A program made the translations under genes and the position numbers. A model generated the notes under the pieces. That model did no database searches. It worked only from the letters and a program-made list of their open reading frames with translations, and was not told where the DNA came from. Positions 8,819 to 21,506 of a stretch of 42,618 nucleotides of DNA are shown here, piece by piece. The stretch is taken from contig JBIJDH010000042.1 of the NCBI GenBank assembly GCA_044344255.1, positions 1 through 42,618 of the forward strand. The letters run 5' to 3'. The DNA is from Myxococcota bacterium (GTDB lineage Bacteria; Myxococcota_A; UBA796; UBA2385). Each line of letters starts with the position of its first letter. The first letter of the stretch is position 1.

Positions 8819-11800
8819 CGGCTTCCTCGCCGCCAGCGGCGGACTTCCGGTTCTTCCACCAGCGGCGTGCGGCGGGCAAGCTCCTCCAGCTCGGAGACCC
8901 CGCAAGAGGTGAAGTAGCTGTGGTGGCCCACGACCACCAATTGCTGCCGTGCGCGGGTCACGGCGACATTGAGACGGTTCGGGCTGTCCAGAAAGCCGAC
9001 CCGCCGCGTGTTTCGCATCGAGAGCATCACCAGATCAGCCTCCCGGCCTTGGAAGCGGTCGACTGTGCCGCAGACGATTTCGACCGGGGCGTCGCGGACG
9101 ATGAATCGCGTTTTCCGGTCGTCCCCCGTGACCTCGCGGAGCATGTCCGATATTGCCCGCTCCTGCTTCACATAGAAGCACAAGCAGGCCACCTCCCACA
9201 CACCCGGCAGATCCCGCGCAGGTGGACCCTTTTGGCCTGCCCAGGCGATGAAGTCGCGGAGGACAGCGGCCATCGCCCGGATCTCATCGCCGTTCACGCC
9301 ACCCGCTTCGCGGCCGTCGACGTGCGCCCACATGCGTCTCGCGCGCAACTGGCCGAAGTCCCAGCCGAGCTTGGTGTCTCGGATTTGGATGGTGTTCGCG
9401 TCGTGAAGCGCCTGGCCCTCGTAGATGACCTCACGGGAGAAGGCAGCGATCTCGGCATGCATCCGGTGCTGGTAGCTCAGGCTGACGAAGCGGGCTGAGA
9501 AGTCTGCCGGCAGGGTCGACTTGAGGCCCGCCGTAAGCGCGCTGCGCCGCTTCGCCCTGTCCACGCCGATGCCCTCCTGCAGGACCTCCAGGATGCTCGG
9601 GAGACCAATGTCCTCGATCTCGGCGATGGGCTCCTCGATGCTGACTGCGACCGGCTGGAGGCGACCGAGATCATCACGCAGCCGCCTGCGCTCCCGCTCG
9701 TTCTGGCTGTGCCGGAGCTCGTGGAGGCGAGTCAGGCGCCAGGCGAGCTCCTGTGCGAGGTCATTTCTACGGAGCCAGTCCGACTCGCAGGCCTGGGCAT
9801 CGGCGAAGGTGGTCACATCTTCCCGACGGAACTTCCGTTCCTGGTAGGACCGTTCGAGGGCGCCCGCTCGCTGCATCCACCAAGCCTGTCGGGTGAGCAG
9901 CACGCTGCCCTCCGCGAGGGGAGCGCCCGCTCCACAGACCTCCTCGGCGATGAGCAGGTTCCCCGGCAACAGGCCTGCCACCTCACCGATCAGGTCGTCC
10001 CCAACGAGCACCCAGCTCGCCGCAGCCAGCCGCAGGGCCGCCGCGGCACCCGCGCGGAGCTGTGGGACGGTCACCACCTGGACGGGCCCCGCCGCCCGGC
10101 CCTCCTTGGCAACGACCCGCACCACGGAGAGATCGGCCACTGGCTCGACCTCGAGCTCCCGGGCGATCCACTCCAGCACGCCCGGCCGCTCGACCAGGAG
10201 CCAGCGCATGCCCGGCTGCCGGAGTCGCCCCTGAAGGAGTCGGTACAGGAGCAGGCAGGCCCGCTGGTGATCGGCCGGAAACACCGGTCTGTCGTTTTCG
10301 TCCACCAGATCGCGCAGGTTCGCCACGATGTCGGCGCGATCGGCGAAGGGCGGGAGCTGGCGCACGTCGCCCACGACGATCCACCTCCGGGCCATAAGCG
10401 CCGGGACCATGAACTCCTGGATCAGCGTCTTGCTGGCCTCATCGACGATGAGCACGTCCCAGTGCGGCATCGTTGTGATCGGCCGCTCCCACACCTGCAG
10501 GTCCTCGTCGCGCCCTCGGAAGAGCGGGTGGTTGACGATCCCCATCGTTGTCCCGCAGGTGAGGTTGGCCGCCATGATGACGGTTCGCTCTGCCATCTCT
10601 TCCAGCTCGGCGTCACCGTACTTGCCCCTGTTCGGCTGCCGCTTCCAAGCGGCCACCAAGGCGCCCACCCGCTCGTCGAGCTGGGTGGCCTGCACCTTTT
10701 CGTCCACCTTGTCCACCTTGCCGATGCGGACCGCGTCGATGGGCGACTGCGAGTCCAACAGTCGCTCCAGTACATTGTCGATGGCGACGTGGGTGGAGGC
10801 GCAGAGCAAGACGCGCTCGCCCCTCTCGACGAGCTGCTGTACGATCTCACAGATCGCCGTCGTCTTTCCCGAGCCTGGCGGCCCTTCGAGGATGGCCAGA
10901 TCCGGGCTCCCGAGCGCCTTCTGGACGAAGGAGCGCTGCTCGTCCGTGCCGCTCCGGCTGGCGTCGGTCAGCGCCCGCCATCCGTTGGCGGGCAGGTTGG
11001 TAGGCAAGACCGACGGCCAGCGCGCGTGCTGGGGATCCTCGCACAGCCGCAGGAGGCCCTGGTGGTGCGGAAGCGGCGCCTCGGTGAGCTGCCGGAGCGC
11101 CCGCTTCTGCAGATAGAGGTTGCGAAGATCTACCGGCAGGAAGAGCGTGGAACCCTCGGGGGGGTAGCGGTCCAGGAGGAGCTGGTAGCGGTCCTGATCG
11201 ACCTTTCGGACTTTGAAGGTCGTGTCGGGGCGCCTGCGCTTATCGGTGAGCACCTCGCTCACGTCGCCCTCACAGAAGGCGGCCCGCGGATCGAGGAATT
11301 CGTCGGCCTCGGAGGTCTCCGGCGGCAGGAGCTGCACCCAACAACCGCGGCGACCACTGGCTCCGACCTCCTCCCAGCGGTAGCGGACGCCGTTGTCGCC
11401 TCGTAGGAGGCCCTCGGCCGGCGGCTCCTCGACGCGCAACATTCCGCCGCTCAGGTCGAAGGAGGCTCCGCCCTGGTCGATCAGGCGGTGTAGGCCTTCG
11501 GAGACCGGAAGCGCCTCCGCCTCCACCTCCTCTCCGTCGACGACGAGGTCGCAGTCGCCGAGGACCCCCTCCAAGAGGAGCAGCCAGCTCCGGTCGTCCG
11601 CGTCAGCCCGCGGTGGAGACAGGAGCTTCAACCGCCGCCCCTGGACATCGACCACCTGCCGAGGCGGAAGTGGCGCGGCCTCCTGCTTCACGCCACTCTC
11701 CACGCCGCACCAGAACACCCGGTCCGTCGGGAGCAAAGGAACGTCGGCGCGCACGAGGAGGCCGTCCGCCGTCGCAGTGGCGGCCTCGAAGCGCACCGGG

Positions 11801-12104
11801 ACGCCGCGGTTCATCACGAAGCCCATTTGCGTGAAGTCGTAGGCTTTTCCGGTTGGCCAGCTCGCCAGCACCACACCCGGAAGACGTCGCGGCACCCGCA
11901 GCAGGCTGTCTGCCGGCTCCAGTCGAATCGACAGGAGGTTGCGCACCCGCTCCCAGGGGAGGTGGTAGCGGGTCTGCCGCTGCTTGGCGGTGTGGATGGC
12001 CTGGCCGATGAAGCGGTTGAAGGGCCGTAGCACGTTGCCCGCCTGGCTCATCAGCGGCGGCGCCACCTTGGGATGGCCGGCGGTCGCGTGGAAGAAGAGC
12101 ACCT

Positions 12105-12108
<4 letters not shown>
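8815..12108 (-). CDS. UPF1/DNA2-like superfamily 1 helicase (AAA_11/AAA_12)
   Basis: GTG at 12108 in a GTGA overlap. Motifs EGPPGSGKTT, ASTHVAIDN, IVDEAS, VGDVRQLPP, YQHRMH, TVDRFQGREAD, RLNVAVTRAR. Confidence 0.92.
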
Positions 12109-13685
<1,577 letters not shown>

Positions 13686-13747
13686 CTGGACTCAAGGGAC
13701 GCCGAAGGGTTCAAGAAGCGGACAGCAGCGCCAACACCGACAGAACT

Positions 13748-16700
13748 TCATCTGTTGTGCTCGTTGAGTTCGACCACCCCCAGAAACCGCGCCACCGCCT
13801 CGATCTCGTCGCCGTCACCAAGCGGAATCTCCCGATGTTCCGGGTTCGAGCTCACCGGGCGGAGCGCACGCCCGCGCTCGCCCTCCATGAGCCGCTTGAA
13901 CGTGAATCGCCCCATCTCCGCGTCCGCGCCATCCGGCAACCGCACGACGAGGTCCTCTCCCGGCACCACAGCCGCGACTCCTGGCTCGCGGAGGTGCTGC
14001 CACAGGCACCAGGCGCCCTTCGGAGCCACCTTGTCCATGGAGTCGCCCACCACCTGCGCGACGAACCGGCCGCGACGCGGGGCACTGCCCTCCACGCGGC
14101 CGTAGCCGATCGCCTCAGGGCTCTGCCCCTCGGAGAACGCCCCCGCAGCGATCCGCAGGTCGTATATCGGCACCGCGCCGGTAACCTCGCGCTCGCACCG
14201 AATGAGCCGAAGATGCGTCCTGGAGCGGGACGGGGCGGGAGCGGCCAGGGCGCGGTCGAACCACGCGGTGTCCTTCCGGAGCTCCTTCTGCTTCTCCTTT
14301 CCCATGAGCCGGGCGGCGATCCTGGCGATTGCACGGACGACGGCGTCCTTGTCGTCGAGCTCGAAGGAGCGCACGGTGATGACCTCGTACCCGAGGCTGT
14401 CGAGCTTCGCGCGGATGGCGTTGTCCTTGGCGGCTTGTTCCGGGTTGCCGTGGATGTGACCCGCCATCCCGTCCAGGTAGATGCAGATGCCGGGCTCGTC
14501 ATCTTCGCCGTTGTAGAAGAAGTCCGGGACGGTGTTGCCGTAGCCGACGCCCTGCGAGATGGTGTGCTGGCAAATGGGCGCGGGCAGGCCCGCCTCGGAC
14601 AGGAAGCGCTTGAAGCGCACCTCGATGTGGGTCTGCGGCCCGGTGCCGCCGACGGCCGGCAGGTGCTCGGGGATGTCGTGGGTCTTCACCAGCGGGCCCG
14701 TCGCGGAGCGCAGGACCTCCGCTGCCTTGTGGCGGTTGAGGTGCTCGTGGTAGAAACGGTTTCGGTAGGTCTGCAGACAGTCGATACAGGAGGCCTCGCA
14801 GGCGCTCACGCAGCCGTCCAGCAGGGACAGAGCGGCCGTCCGAACCTCTTCCCAACGCTCGGAGAGGTGCTCCAGCAGGCCCGATCCGCCGGGCATCGGG
14901 TCGTAGAGCAAGATGTCTACGCGGTCTTCGCCGATGTGCCCGAGCGCCAGGAGCTGGAGATCCTCGACCTCCATGTCGAGCACGCGAGCAGCGCCCATCC
15001 GGACCGCCTCGACAACGCTGAAGCCGATGGTGCGGTCTTCCACGTCGTGCAGGTCCAGCACATCCACCTCGACGTCCGCGTAGAAGCCGGTCGGCTGGAC
15101 CTGATGGCTGCAGCGCTCCCAATGGAGCTTCTCGAACTCCTCACGCGATTTCTTGCTCGCGAACGGAGAGTGGGACTGACCGCATGCGAGGCACAGCGGG
15201 AACCCGAGTCGCTGCTGCTTCACTTCGTTGCGCGGCCCGACGTTCAACATGCGGAGCTGCACACCGCGCCGGAAGCGCACGTCGAGGTCCGCCCACCGCC
15301 AGGCTGTCCCGCCGCGATGGTATCCGCGGTCGTTGCCGTAAGTGGCGACCGGCATCTGGAAGCGGAACTCCTCCTCATCGGAGATCTGGGACTGCGAGGG
15401 CATGATCACGTCGCAGACGGGTACGGCGCGGATCTCCTGCACAGCGAGCGGGGCCGCGGCGGCGTCGGTGCCGACCTCCTGCACCACCTGCTGCTCCACC
15501 ACGACACGAAACCGGAGTGTCTCCTCTGGGGTGAGCTGGAACCGACGCGGGACGAAGCGGAAACCGTTGGCATAGATGGCGTTGCCGGGGACGTACTCGC
15601 GGAGCGCCAGCGTCGGTGCGCGCGGCAGCTCAAAGTCATCGAGGCCCCAGGTCATGCGGGGCGGCTCGGCGAGGCCGACGATGCTGCCCGATTCGAGTCC
15701 GTAGCCGGGGAGGAAGCCCTCTCGTGCGAGCGCGCCCATCGTCTCGGAGTCCTCCGGGCCGCCCTGGGCGCTCCCTCGCCCGCGCGTGTAGGTGCCCTTG
15801 AGGCGCTGAATGACCTTCTCGCAGCGGCGCTCGTGCGCCTTGTCTTCCGGATCGAGGTCGCCCTTCTTCAGCTTGATCTCCGAGAGGCGGCGCAGCTCCC
15901 CGAGCGCCCAGTCCAGTCGGCGCTTGAACCGTTTGAGCACAGTCGCGAGGGAGCTCGGCATCTCGGCCACGACGCGCGCGATCCGCTCCGGGGCGACTGC
16001 CGCTGCATCCTCCGCGGGCCAGGTGGAGGTGAACGAGCGGAGCACTTCATCCATCACCGCCGCCTGGTGCGCCGCGATGACGGCGCCGAGCGGGGACATG
16101 TCCATCACCTTGTCGAGGACTTCGCCGCCGGGGGTGAAGAGGTAGGTCCGGAGCGTCGGCGGGAAGCAGCGACGCAAGACCTCGTCGATCGCGGCTCGGG
16201 CCTGCTCGCTCGCGCGACGGGCGACGCCGAGGAGGGCGGTCAGCACGCCCGCGTGGACGTGCTTGCGGATCATCACCTCGTTCTTGAGGTTGAAGCGGGG
16301 CGGCTCGACCTGGCCGGCGAGCAGCTTCAGCGGCTCCCGAAAGTAGCTCTGGTCGAAGCCGGTCCCCTGCGCGTAGGTGACATCCACGGCCATACGGTGC
16401 CGCCGGCCCGCCCGCCCTGCCCGCTGCCAGTAGTTGGCGGCCGTCGGTGGGACGTTGCGCATGAGCACGGCGTCGAGCGCCCCGATGTCGACCCCCAGCT
16501 CCAGAGTGGGCGTGCAGACCAGCGTGTTGAGCAGGGTGCTGTCGCTCTTGAACTGGTTCTCGATGCGCTCGCGGTTGGCGTGCGGCACCTGGGCGGAGTG
16601 CTCCGCGACGCGCAGCATCTTGTAGTCGCCGTCGAGCAGCCGGAGGTCGAAGTCGTCGCCGTCCTCGAGCTCCCACCGGAGCTCGCCGCCGCATCGCCAG

Positions 16701-19684
16701 GCCATGCAGGTGCTCTTCGGCCCCCGGCGCACGGTCGTGCGGCGGCACTTCTGGCAGCGGTAGCGGCCGCGGTGCGGCAAGAGCGTGAGCCTGGCGCTGT
16801 CGATCTGGTACGCACCGGCGCCGCCCTTCAGTGGCTTGCCCCAGCCTTCGAGGGTCGATGGGACCAGCAGCTTGAGCGCCTGGAGCGCGGTCCAGAGCTC
16901 GCCGAGGCATGTCTCGAGGTCTGCCTCCGGCACCCCCCAGCCCGCCACGGCGTTCCAGACCTGAGTGGGCCGGGAGCCGACCCACTGGGTGACGCGCGCG
17001 GGGAGGTCATCGCTGTTGCGCGACAGCTTCGCGCCCTTCGGCCCACCTGCGAAGGTCGGGACGTAGCCGTACTGGACCTCTTTGTCTCCGCTGTTCCACA
17101 TCTTCTGGAAGAGCTTGGTCGGGTCGTGGAGGACGCGGATGCGCCGGAGGTGGTCGAGCAGAGCCGCGATCCCCTCAACCAGCGCTTCTGGCTGCACACC
17201 GAGGACGGGAGCCCACGTCTGAACGAAGGGCAAGGTCGGCGTGAGGCCGGCGTAGTCCACCCGAAGGCGGCCCCAGGGCTCGAGGCCGAGGCGCTGCTTG
17301 ACGCCCGTGGCCACCTCGCGGAGCACCTGGATGCGGAGGAAATACTTACGCTCTTCCCGGTGCTTGGTCCCGCTCTCGTCGAAGGGCACGACCTGCCAGA
17401 CCTCCGGGAGCAGGGCGCGCGAGAGCTCGGGGTCTGCTTCCATGAGCGCGTCGAGCCCGTGGACCACATCGCCGATGGAGGCGCCTGCCGCGGGGATCTG
17501 CTGCGAGAGGAAGGCGCGGAGGCGGAAGCGCCGCGCGTGGTCGCGCATCCAGCCGGCCTGGAAGGCTGCGTCCTGCCGGTTGTCCGCGAAGACGAGCAGC
17601 CTCGGCCTCTCGGAGAGGTGCATCATCGACTGCGCGAGGACGTGGACGTCGGAGACGCCGACCGCGCGCATCGGGCGCGCCGGCTCCCGGTATTTGCCGC
17701 CCCGCGGGCGCCGGCCCGGAGACTGGCAGGCGACGCAGGAGTGGAGCAGTCCCTCGTACTCCGGCTTGTGGCGCACCACCTGGACGTCCACGAAGCTGCG
17801 CTGTGCCTGGCAGGCACCGCAGGCCTCCGTTCGCCCCTCTTGGAGCCCGCCGCAGTGGCTGCAGGCGAACATCGGGTGGAGGCGGCGGTGCGCGTAGCCG
17901 TGGCCTGTGGGCGGGACGGGGTTGCCGTCCTCGTCTACATCGTCGCCCTCGTCGTCGTCCTCGTCTGGGCGCACCACGAGGCGGTCCACGAGGAGCGCGC
18001 GGTCTCCGTCCGTCTCTTGCCCTTGGTGCGGCCAGAACCGTGTCGAGCCGACCTTTTCGCCGCCCTCCGGGCCCTTGGAGCCCGCCTTGAGCACGAAGTC
18101 CTTCACCCAGCTCTCGTAGTAGTGCTGCCCGCAGGTGGTGCAGGTGATGACCGGGAACCTGCGGAAGCGCTCACCGAGCTCGGCCTCCGCCTCTTCTCCC
18201 GCGAGCCACAGCCTCGCGGCGGCGCCCGGGTTCGAGAAGGTCACGACGGCACCGCCCACGCCTCGGACGAAGCTGTGGGCCACGGGCCGGAGGAGGGGGT
18301 CATGGCCGCCTCGCCCGGTGGCCGCGCCCAGCGCCAGCCACGCCAGGATCTCTGCCTCCGGCACCGGGCGGCCGACCCGGAGGGTGAGCACAGGAGGGAG
18401 GTCGGCCAGGGCCCGTGGGGTCCGCAGCTCAAGGGCGAGCTGGTAGACCAGCTCGTTGCTCGCGAGCTGGCTCGTCAGCGCCGCCTGCCAGCCTGCGCGG
18501 GGGAGCCGCGCTCCCCCCAGGGCGAGGTGGCAGTCGGACACGGCGGCCGCCACCTCCTCGTCGGGGAGGTCCACCGCCTTCAGCAGGCGGGTGAGCACCT
18601 CGTGGACGTCGTCCGGCGGCCCGGCCGGCACGCTGCGGCGCTCATTCCAGCGCTGCTCGTCATAGGCCTCGCGGATGAGGGTGACCCGGGCCTCGTCCAC
18701 CCCGAAGAAGCGGCGGGCGAAGTCTTCGGCCGGCTTCGGGGAGCCGTCCGCGCTGGCCATGGTGGCGGAGGTGGCGACGTGCCGGACCTCGTCCGCAGAC
18801 TTGCCACAGAAGGTGCGCAAACGTCGAATGAGGCAGGCCGTCTCGGCGCCCTGGGCTCCGCGAAAGGTGTGGGCCTCGTCGAAGACGAGAAATTCCAACG
18901 GCGCATCGGCAAAGATGCCCACGTCCTTGCCGCGCGTGAGGAGCAGCTCGAGCTGCTTGACGTTGGTGAGGAGGATGCGCGGCTGGCCGCCCTCCTTGCG
19001 CATCGCCTTCCGGCTGGCCCGCTCTTCGGGGGGCAGGAGCGAGATGTCCAGCCCGGCCTCGCGGACCTGCTTCAGTCGCGCCTGGTAGTCGGCGTTCGAG
19101 GATCCGGCGGGCAACCGCTCGCCGCGCACCTGCGCCTCCTCCTCGGGCGTCTTGCCGACGTACATCCCGAAGGGGATGCCGCGACCGGCGAGGAGCCCGC
19201 GCAGGCGGTCGAGCTGGTCCTCGGCGAGCGCGTTCATCGGGTAGATCAGCACCGCAACGACGCCCGGGGGCGCGTTGTTCTCCTTCAGCTCCAGGCAGCG
19301 GCTGATGATCGGGTAGAGGAAGGCCTCGGTCTTGCCCGACCCGGTGCCTGTCGAGACGATGGTGGTGTCGCCGCGGTGGATGCCGCGGATGGCCTCGTCC
19401 TGGTGCGCGCGGACATGGGTGTGCTCCGCAGGGACGATCGCCTGCATGGCCGGATGGAAGACTCCGTCCGACACCAGCTTGGCGACGCTCGACCCCTGCT
19501 TGAACGGGCGAGAGAGGCTGATGAACGGACCCTTACGAAGCGGCGTGTCGCGAGAGCGGTCAAGGTGCAGGAGCGCACGGAGCTGCGCGTACAGGTCGGT
19601 GTCCGCGAGGGGGTAGGTCGTGAGCTGGTAGTGGAGGAAGTCCTCGACAACGCGCTCGGTGAAGGCGATGGGGTTCAGGGCCAA
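13748..19684 (-). CDS. Large DEAH-box helicase with DUF1998 (DrmA/DrmB- or DruE-like), DUF559-like nuclease and C-terminal S24 peptidase-like domain
   Basis: TTG start with GGAAGG SD. Helicase motifs HQDEAI, TGTGSGKT, YPMNALAEDQ, DEAH, SAT, TPTLELGVDIG, QRAGRAGRR. Several CxxC pairs. DUF1998 YDPMPGGSG..C...C..CL. Nuclease-like PDFFY..IYLDG..H. Peptidase-like IAAG..GDSM..TFKR. Confidence 0.92.
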   Translation of the reverse strand: MALNPIAFTERVVEDFLHYQLTTYPLADTDLYAQLRALLHLDRSRDTPLRKGPFISLSRPFKQGSSVAKLVSDGVFHPAMQAIVPAEHTHVRAHQDEAIRGIHRGDTTIVSTGTGSGKTEAFLYPIISRCLELKENNAPPGVVAVLIYPMNALAEDQLDRLRGLLAGRGIPFGMYVGKTPEEEAQVRGERLPAGSSNADYQARLKQVREAGLDISLLPPEERASRKAMRKEGGQPRILLTNVKQLELLLTRGKDVGIFADAPLEFLVFDEAHTFRGAQGAETACLIRRLRTFCGKSADEVRHVATSATMASADGSPKPAEDFARRFFGVDEARVTLIREAYDEQRWNERRSVPAGPPDDVHEVLTRLLKAVDLPDEEVAAAVSDCHLALGGARLPRAGWQAALTSQLASNELVYQLALELRTPRALADLPPVLTLRVGRPVPEAEILAWLALGAATGRGGHDPLLRPVAHSFVRGVGGAVVTFSNPGAAARLWLAGEEAEAELGERFRRFPVITCTTCGQHYYESWVKDFVLKAGSKGPEGGEKVGSTRFWPHQGQETDGDRALLVDRLVVRPDEDDDEGDDVDEDGNPVPPTGHGYAHRRLHPMFACSHCGGLQEGRTEACGACQAQRSFVDVQVVRHKPEYEGLLHSCVACQSPGRRPRGGKYREPARPMRAVGVSDVHVLAQSMMHLSERPRLLVFADNRQDAAFQAGWMRDHARRFRLRAFLSQQIPAAGASIGDVVHGLDALMEADPELSRALLPEVWQVVPFDESGTKHREERKYFLRIQVLREVATGVKQRLGLEPWGRLRVDYAGLTPTLPFVQTWAPVLGVQPEALVEGIAALLDHLRRIRVLHDPTKLFQKMWNSGDKEVQYGYVPTFAGGPKGAKLSRNSDDLPARVTQWVGSRPTQVWNAVAGWGVPEADLETCLGELWTALQALKLLVPSTLEGWGKPLKGGAGAYQIDSARLTLLPHRGRYRCQKCRRTTVRRGPKSTCMAWRCGGELRWELEDGDDFDLRLLDGDYKMLRVAEHSAQVPHANRERIENQFKSDSTLLNTLVCTPTLELGVDIGALDAVLMRNVPPTAANYWQRAGRAGRRHRMAVDVTYAQGTGFDQSYFREPLKLLAGQVEPPRFNLKNEVMIRKHVHAGVLTALLGVARRASEQARAAIDEVLRRCFPPTLRTYLFTPGGEVLDKVMDMSPLGAVIAAHQAAVMDEVLRSFTSTWPAEDAAAVAPERIARVVAEMPSSLATVLKRFKRRLDWALGELRRLSEIKLKKGDLDPEDKAHERRCEKVIQRLKGTYTRGRGSAQGGPEDSETMGALAREGFLPGYGLESGSIVGLAEPPRMTWGLDDFELPRAPTLALREYVPGNAIYANGFRFVPRRFQLTPEETLRFRVVVEQQVVQEVGTDAAAAPLAVQEIRAVPVCDVIMPSQSQISDEEEFRFQMPVATYGNDRGYHRGGTAWRWADLDVRFRRGVQLRMLNVGPRNEVKQQRLGFPLCLACGQSHSPFASKKSREEFEKLHWERCSHQVQPTGFYADVEVDVLDLHDVEDRTIGFSVVEAVRMGAARVLDMEVEDLQLLALGHIGEDRVDILLYDPMPGGSGLLEHLSERWEEVRTAALSLLDGCVSACEASCIDCLQTYRNRFYHEHLNRHKAAEVLRSATGPLVKTHDIPEHLPAVGGTGPQTHIEVRFKRFLSEAGLPAPICQHTISQGVGYGNTVPDFFYNGEDDEPGICIYLDGMAGHIHGNPEQAAKDNAIRAKLDSLGYEVITVRSFELDDKDAVVRAIARIAARLMGKEKQKELRKDTAWFDRALAAPAPSRSRTHLRLIRCEREVTGAVPIYDLRIAAGAFSEGQSPEAIGYGRVEGSAPRRGRFVAQVVGDSMDKVAPKGAWCLWQHLREPGVAAVVPGEDLVVRLPDGADAEMGRFTFKRLMEGERGRALRPVSSNPEHREIPLGDGDEIEAVARFLGVVELNEHNR

Positions 19685-19727
19685 GCGGTCATCCTTCCGA
19701 GCGGTCTCGCCGGAGGTTCAGGGCGCG

Positions 19728-21503
19728 TCATCGGGTCGGCCAGACAGCCAGGAACTCCCGCTCAAGCTTCTCCGTGCGGAGCCGGATCCTGTCCTCGGTC
19801 CAGCTCTTCTCCCCGGCCAGGAAGGGCCGGACGATGTCGTCGAGGGTGATGGCGAGCGTTCCGTAGGCCTGCATTCCCTTCTTGCGCCCCACTCCCAGAA
19901 CCTTCTTGTCGAAGGCGGAATGACTGAGCGAGGTGTTCAATCGCGCATTCAGCAAGGTCATGTTGCCCAGCCACCCCACCACCGCACTCCGGTGCCTCCG
20001 CGCGGCCGCGATGGCGTCGGGACGGTCGGTCGCGGTCGTCGGTGGCAGCGGCCAGTGCGCCTCCCACTTCTGCGGCATGACGTGTTCGAGCGTGTAGTTG
20101 AAGACCAACCCGACCTCGTCGTACCGTGAATCGGCCGAGCGGCGCGCCAATTCCAACCAGAACAGGACGATCCTGGCATCCTTGTTCGAGATGCGGCGCA
20201 GTCCGGCCGAGACCTCGGCGTCGCTCGTCTCGGCGGCCTTCTCAGCCACCCGCTCCGGGTGCTGGAGGAAATCCAGGACCAGCTTGTTCAGCGACTTGAT
20301 CTCACCCCCGGCGATCAAGCGACGTACCAGGAAACGCTCAAGCTCAGTCAGATCCCGGTCGGCGCTCGCACCATGATCGTAGAGGATGAACAATACATAC
20401 GGGTGCAAGGAGGATATCTGGTAGGCGTCGAGGATGTGGAGGAGACGCCGGGTTCGATCACCAAAGGTCATCGGGGTCGTCGAGTCGGTCACCCCGAAGT
20501 GTTTACGATAGGTCTGCGCGTAGGCACGCAGGAGCGACGCGAAGGCATGAACACCCTCCCGTGTGGAGAGCGCCTCGATCCGACCTTTGTAACAGGCCCC
20601 CAGATCCTGCATCGTGTGCTTCTCGGGGTCGTAGAAGCCCCGGATGACCGCGACCGCGTGGAGGAGGATCTCGAGGTTGTCGCGGACCAGGCGACCGACG
20701 GTCCGCTCCTGGTCCCAGAACGCGCGGGTATCTTCGTCTGTCAGGAAGACATTTCCCCAGGTCTCTGAATACAGGGAGATGGCGTCCTCTTCACCCATGA
20801 CCCGAATGGCCTGCTGGAACAGGGCGTTCTTGATGATGTCCGCGCTGCTCAGGCGGACCCCCGCGCTGTTGATCGTGTCGAAGATCTTCTGCTCGTCGTC
20901 CCCCGGGTCAAGGGTGATGAGCACCAGCATGCGGTTGCTTCCGTCCAGGAGGTGATTGAGCAAGGCGACGCGTTGCTCTTCGCGCCAACTGCTCAGCTCT
21001 TGCACGAACCATGCGTAAGCCTGGGTGATCAAGCTCTCCCCATGCGGCCCGGGCTGGTCGGGACTGAGAGCGGCTGCATTGTCGAGGAGTCCTCGGCGAA
21101 TAACCGCGTCGTAGGCCGGCCGATCCAGGCGCGAGTGCTGGATCCGCACCTTGTAGTCGCGGTCGAGCGGGCGCACCTTGTAGCACAGCGCCTGGCGGAT
21201 CGAATCGCGGGCCGCCTCCCTCGCGTCGGCGGCGAGGGTGTCGTAGAGCGCCTTGAGGAGGACGCTCAGGGTCGTGAGGCGCTGCTGTCCATCGATGACG
21301 AGGGCCGAAGAGTGGTCACCCACGGTGTGGCTCGCCCACTTGAAGATCACAGAGCCGAGGAAGTGGCTCCGCCGTGTGTCGCTCAGATCCCGCAGCAGGT
21401 CCTCCCAGTTCTCCTTGGTCCACACATAGCTGCGCTGGAAGAACGGAATCTCGACCTTCTGGGTCTGGCTCAAGAACATAAGGTCTTTGGCTTTGGCTTC
21501 CAC
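19728..21503 (-). CDS. gmrSD: GmrSD-family (DUF262 + DUF1524/HNH) modification-dependent restriction endonuclease
   Basis: IPFFQRSYVW, IDGQQRLTT and IFDTINSAG (DUF262); LEHVMPQ...GNMTLLNARLN (DUF1524 HNH). Confidence 0.9.
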   Translation of the reverse strand: MEAKAKDLMFLSQTQKVEIPFFQRSYVWTKENWEDLLRDLSDTRRSHFLGSVIFKWASHTVGDHSSALVIDGQQRLTTLSVLLKALYDTLAADAREAARDSIRQALCYKVRPLDRDYKVRIQHSRLDRPAYDAVIRRGLLDNAAALSPDQPGPHGESLITQAYAWFVQELSSWREEQRVALLNHLLDGSNRMLVLITLDPGDDEQKIFDTINSAGVRLSSADIIKNALFQQAIRVMGEEDAISLYSETWGNVFLTDEDTRAFWDQERTVGRLVRDNLEILLHAVAVIRGFYDPEKHTMQDLGACYKGRIEALSTREGVHAFASLLRAYAQTYRKHFGVTDSTTPMTFGDRTRRLLHILDAYQISSLHPYVLFILYDHGASADRDLTELERFLVRRLIAGGEIKSLNKLVLDFLQHPERVAEKAAETSDAEVSAGLRRISNKDARIVLFWLELARRSADSRYDEVGLVFNYTLEHVMPQKWEAHWPLPPTTATDRPDAIAAARRHRSAVVGWLGNMTLLNARLNTSLSHSAFDKKVLGVGRKKGMQAYGTLAITLDDIVRPFLAGEKSWTEDRIRLRTEKLEREFLAVWPTR

Positions 21504-21506
21504 TTG

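Noticed and set aside
13757..19849. 2030-aa plus-strand ORF
   Set aside because: Antisense shadow of the motif-rich helicase. Such shadows are common in high-GC genes, and this one has no recognisable motifs.
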